This document shows positions 63,101 to 64,000 of a stretch of DNA of 64,000 bases, piece after piece. This DNA is from Puccinia triticina. Lineage: Eukaryota. Numbering within the stretch: position 1 is the stretch's first letter; each line of letters begins with the position of its first letter. Both the position numbers and the translations under genes were made by a program. The stretch lies in the NCBI GenBank assembly GCA_026914245.1, contig CP110440.1, forward strand, positions 868,001 to 932,000, read 5' to 3'. A model generated the notes under the pieces. That model saw nothing but the letters and a program-made list of their open reading frames with translations. It made no database searches and was not told the origin of the DNA.

Positions 63101-64000
63101 TTATCCTACATTGGACGCCTGAGTGAGGTTTTCAAGTAGATTCACTTCAATCTGTAGAGCTGCAATCATGTCAAACTGGTCATCCTCATTGTCTGTCTCA
63201 CCTTCGGCATCAGAATCATCCTCCGGGTTACGTTCAGCACCATCATTACGATTAAGATTCTCGGCCTCAATGTGCAAATCTGTTTCCTCAATGAAGTGGG
63301 ACAGAAGCCCATTGTGAATGTCGCCAGGTATGGATGAGAGAAATCCAAATCGCAGGGACCCAGTAATCTTGGAAATTTGCTGCTCCCAAAGCACATCATC
63401 ATCTCTCTGTGGTGCAGTTCTCTGGAGAACCGAGACAATTGCCTCATCCCAGTCAACTTGAAGCTTGCTGACTGCAATCAAATTGCTGTGCGCCAGGACC
63501 TTTGCTGATTTGATTTTGTCGGATTGGTTATTGTGTGAGGAGAGAAACGGGTGAGAAAGCATTGGTTGGAGGGCCGCCGGAATTTCCAAATGTTCCGTTA
63601 CGTGACAAAGCTGTCCTAAATAAAACCACACTTGCTTGTGTCGATTGATAGCCCAGCGCATGGCCCGCCTGGCTTCCCATCCCAGGTGACTTTTCTCCTC
63701 ACAAGCACGTTTAAATCGGGATAATAGGCGAATCCCACGTTGAGTGTTGATATCAATGGCCCATGGATCATTAACACTACTAAATAAACCGTTGTTCCAG
63801 AAAGGATCGTCTGGTGTTAGGCAAAGCAGGTTGGTGTATTCAATGAGGGGTGGTGGATGTCGTAATGGGCATGCTGTGATGAATGCTCGAGCTCTCTTGT
63901 TGTAGGATTCCAAACATGCACAGATCTGGTCTGCCCGCTTGCGTACGGCAATGACCAGCTTTTGATTCCCTCTGGTGCCTATAGGAGAGGTAATCAGTAT
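63101..64000 (-). CDS. C-terminal part of a probable KDZ (Kyakuja-Dileera-Zisupton) transposase-like protein; runs off the window
   Basis: PWAIDINTQRGI...KRACEEKSHLGWEARRAMRWA and an acidic tail resemble basidiomycete KDZ C-termini. The catalytic core is not in the window. Confidence 0.55.
   Translation of the reverse strand: MLITSPIGTRGNQKLVIAVRKRADQICACLESYNKRARAFITACPLRHPPPLIEYTNLLCLTPDDPFWNNGLFSSVNDPWAIDINTQRGIRLLSRFKRACEEKSHLGWEARRAMRWAINRHKQVWFYLGQLCHVTEHLEIPAALQPMLSHPFLSSHNNQSDKIKSAKVLAHSNLIAVSKLQVDWDEAIVSVLQRTAPQRDDDVLWEQQISKITGSLRFGFLSSIPGDIHNGLLSHFIEETDLHIEAENLNRNDGAERNPEDDSDAEGETDNEDDQFDMIAALQIEVNLLENLTQASNVG

Overview
Intron-rich fungal DNA, by inference from a rust fungus (Puccinia-like). 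Most of the window is nested transposable elements. Host genes: an intact N-terminal amidase (Nta1-like) and two tandem aldehyde dehydrogenases; the first carries a solo LTR and a 5.3-kb MULE in one intron, the second looks intact. A CLIP-170-like gene remnant is split by three insertions, and there is an OPT transporter fragment. Mobile elements whose ends and target-site duplications I could read directly: two hAT elements, a MULE encoding GCM, DDE and USP-like protease domains, a Copia with a nested TRIM, a Harbinger inside a same-TIR element, an 11.4-kb Gypsy and several MITE/foldback elements. The 3' end of a probable KDZ transposase closes the window. Most notable: (1) a TRIM whose LTRs each contain a tRNA-like cloverleaf with Pol III A and B boxes, and which shares a half-tRNA-Met PBS and a PPT-enclosing hairpin with its host Copia; (2) a MULE transposase gene with a USP-type cysteine-protease domain; (3) a Gypsy with a -1 frameshift signal after the protease and an antisense intron-containing cargo gene. 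Coordinates were counted by eye and no database searches were run.
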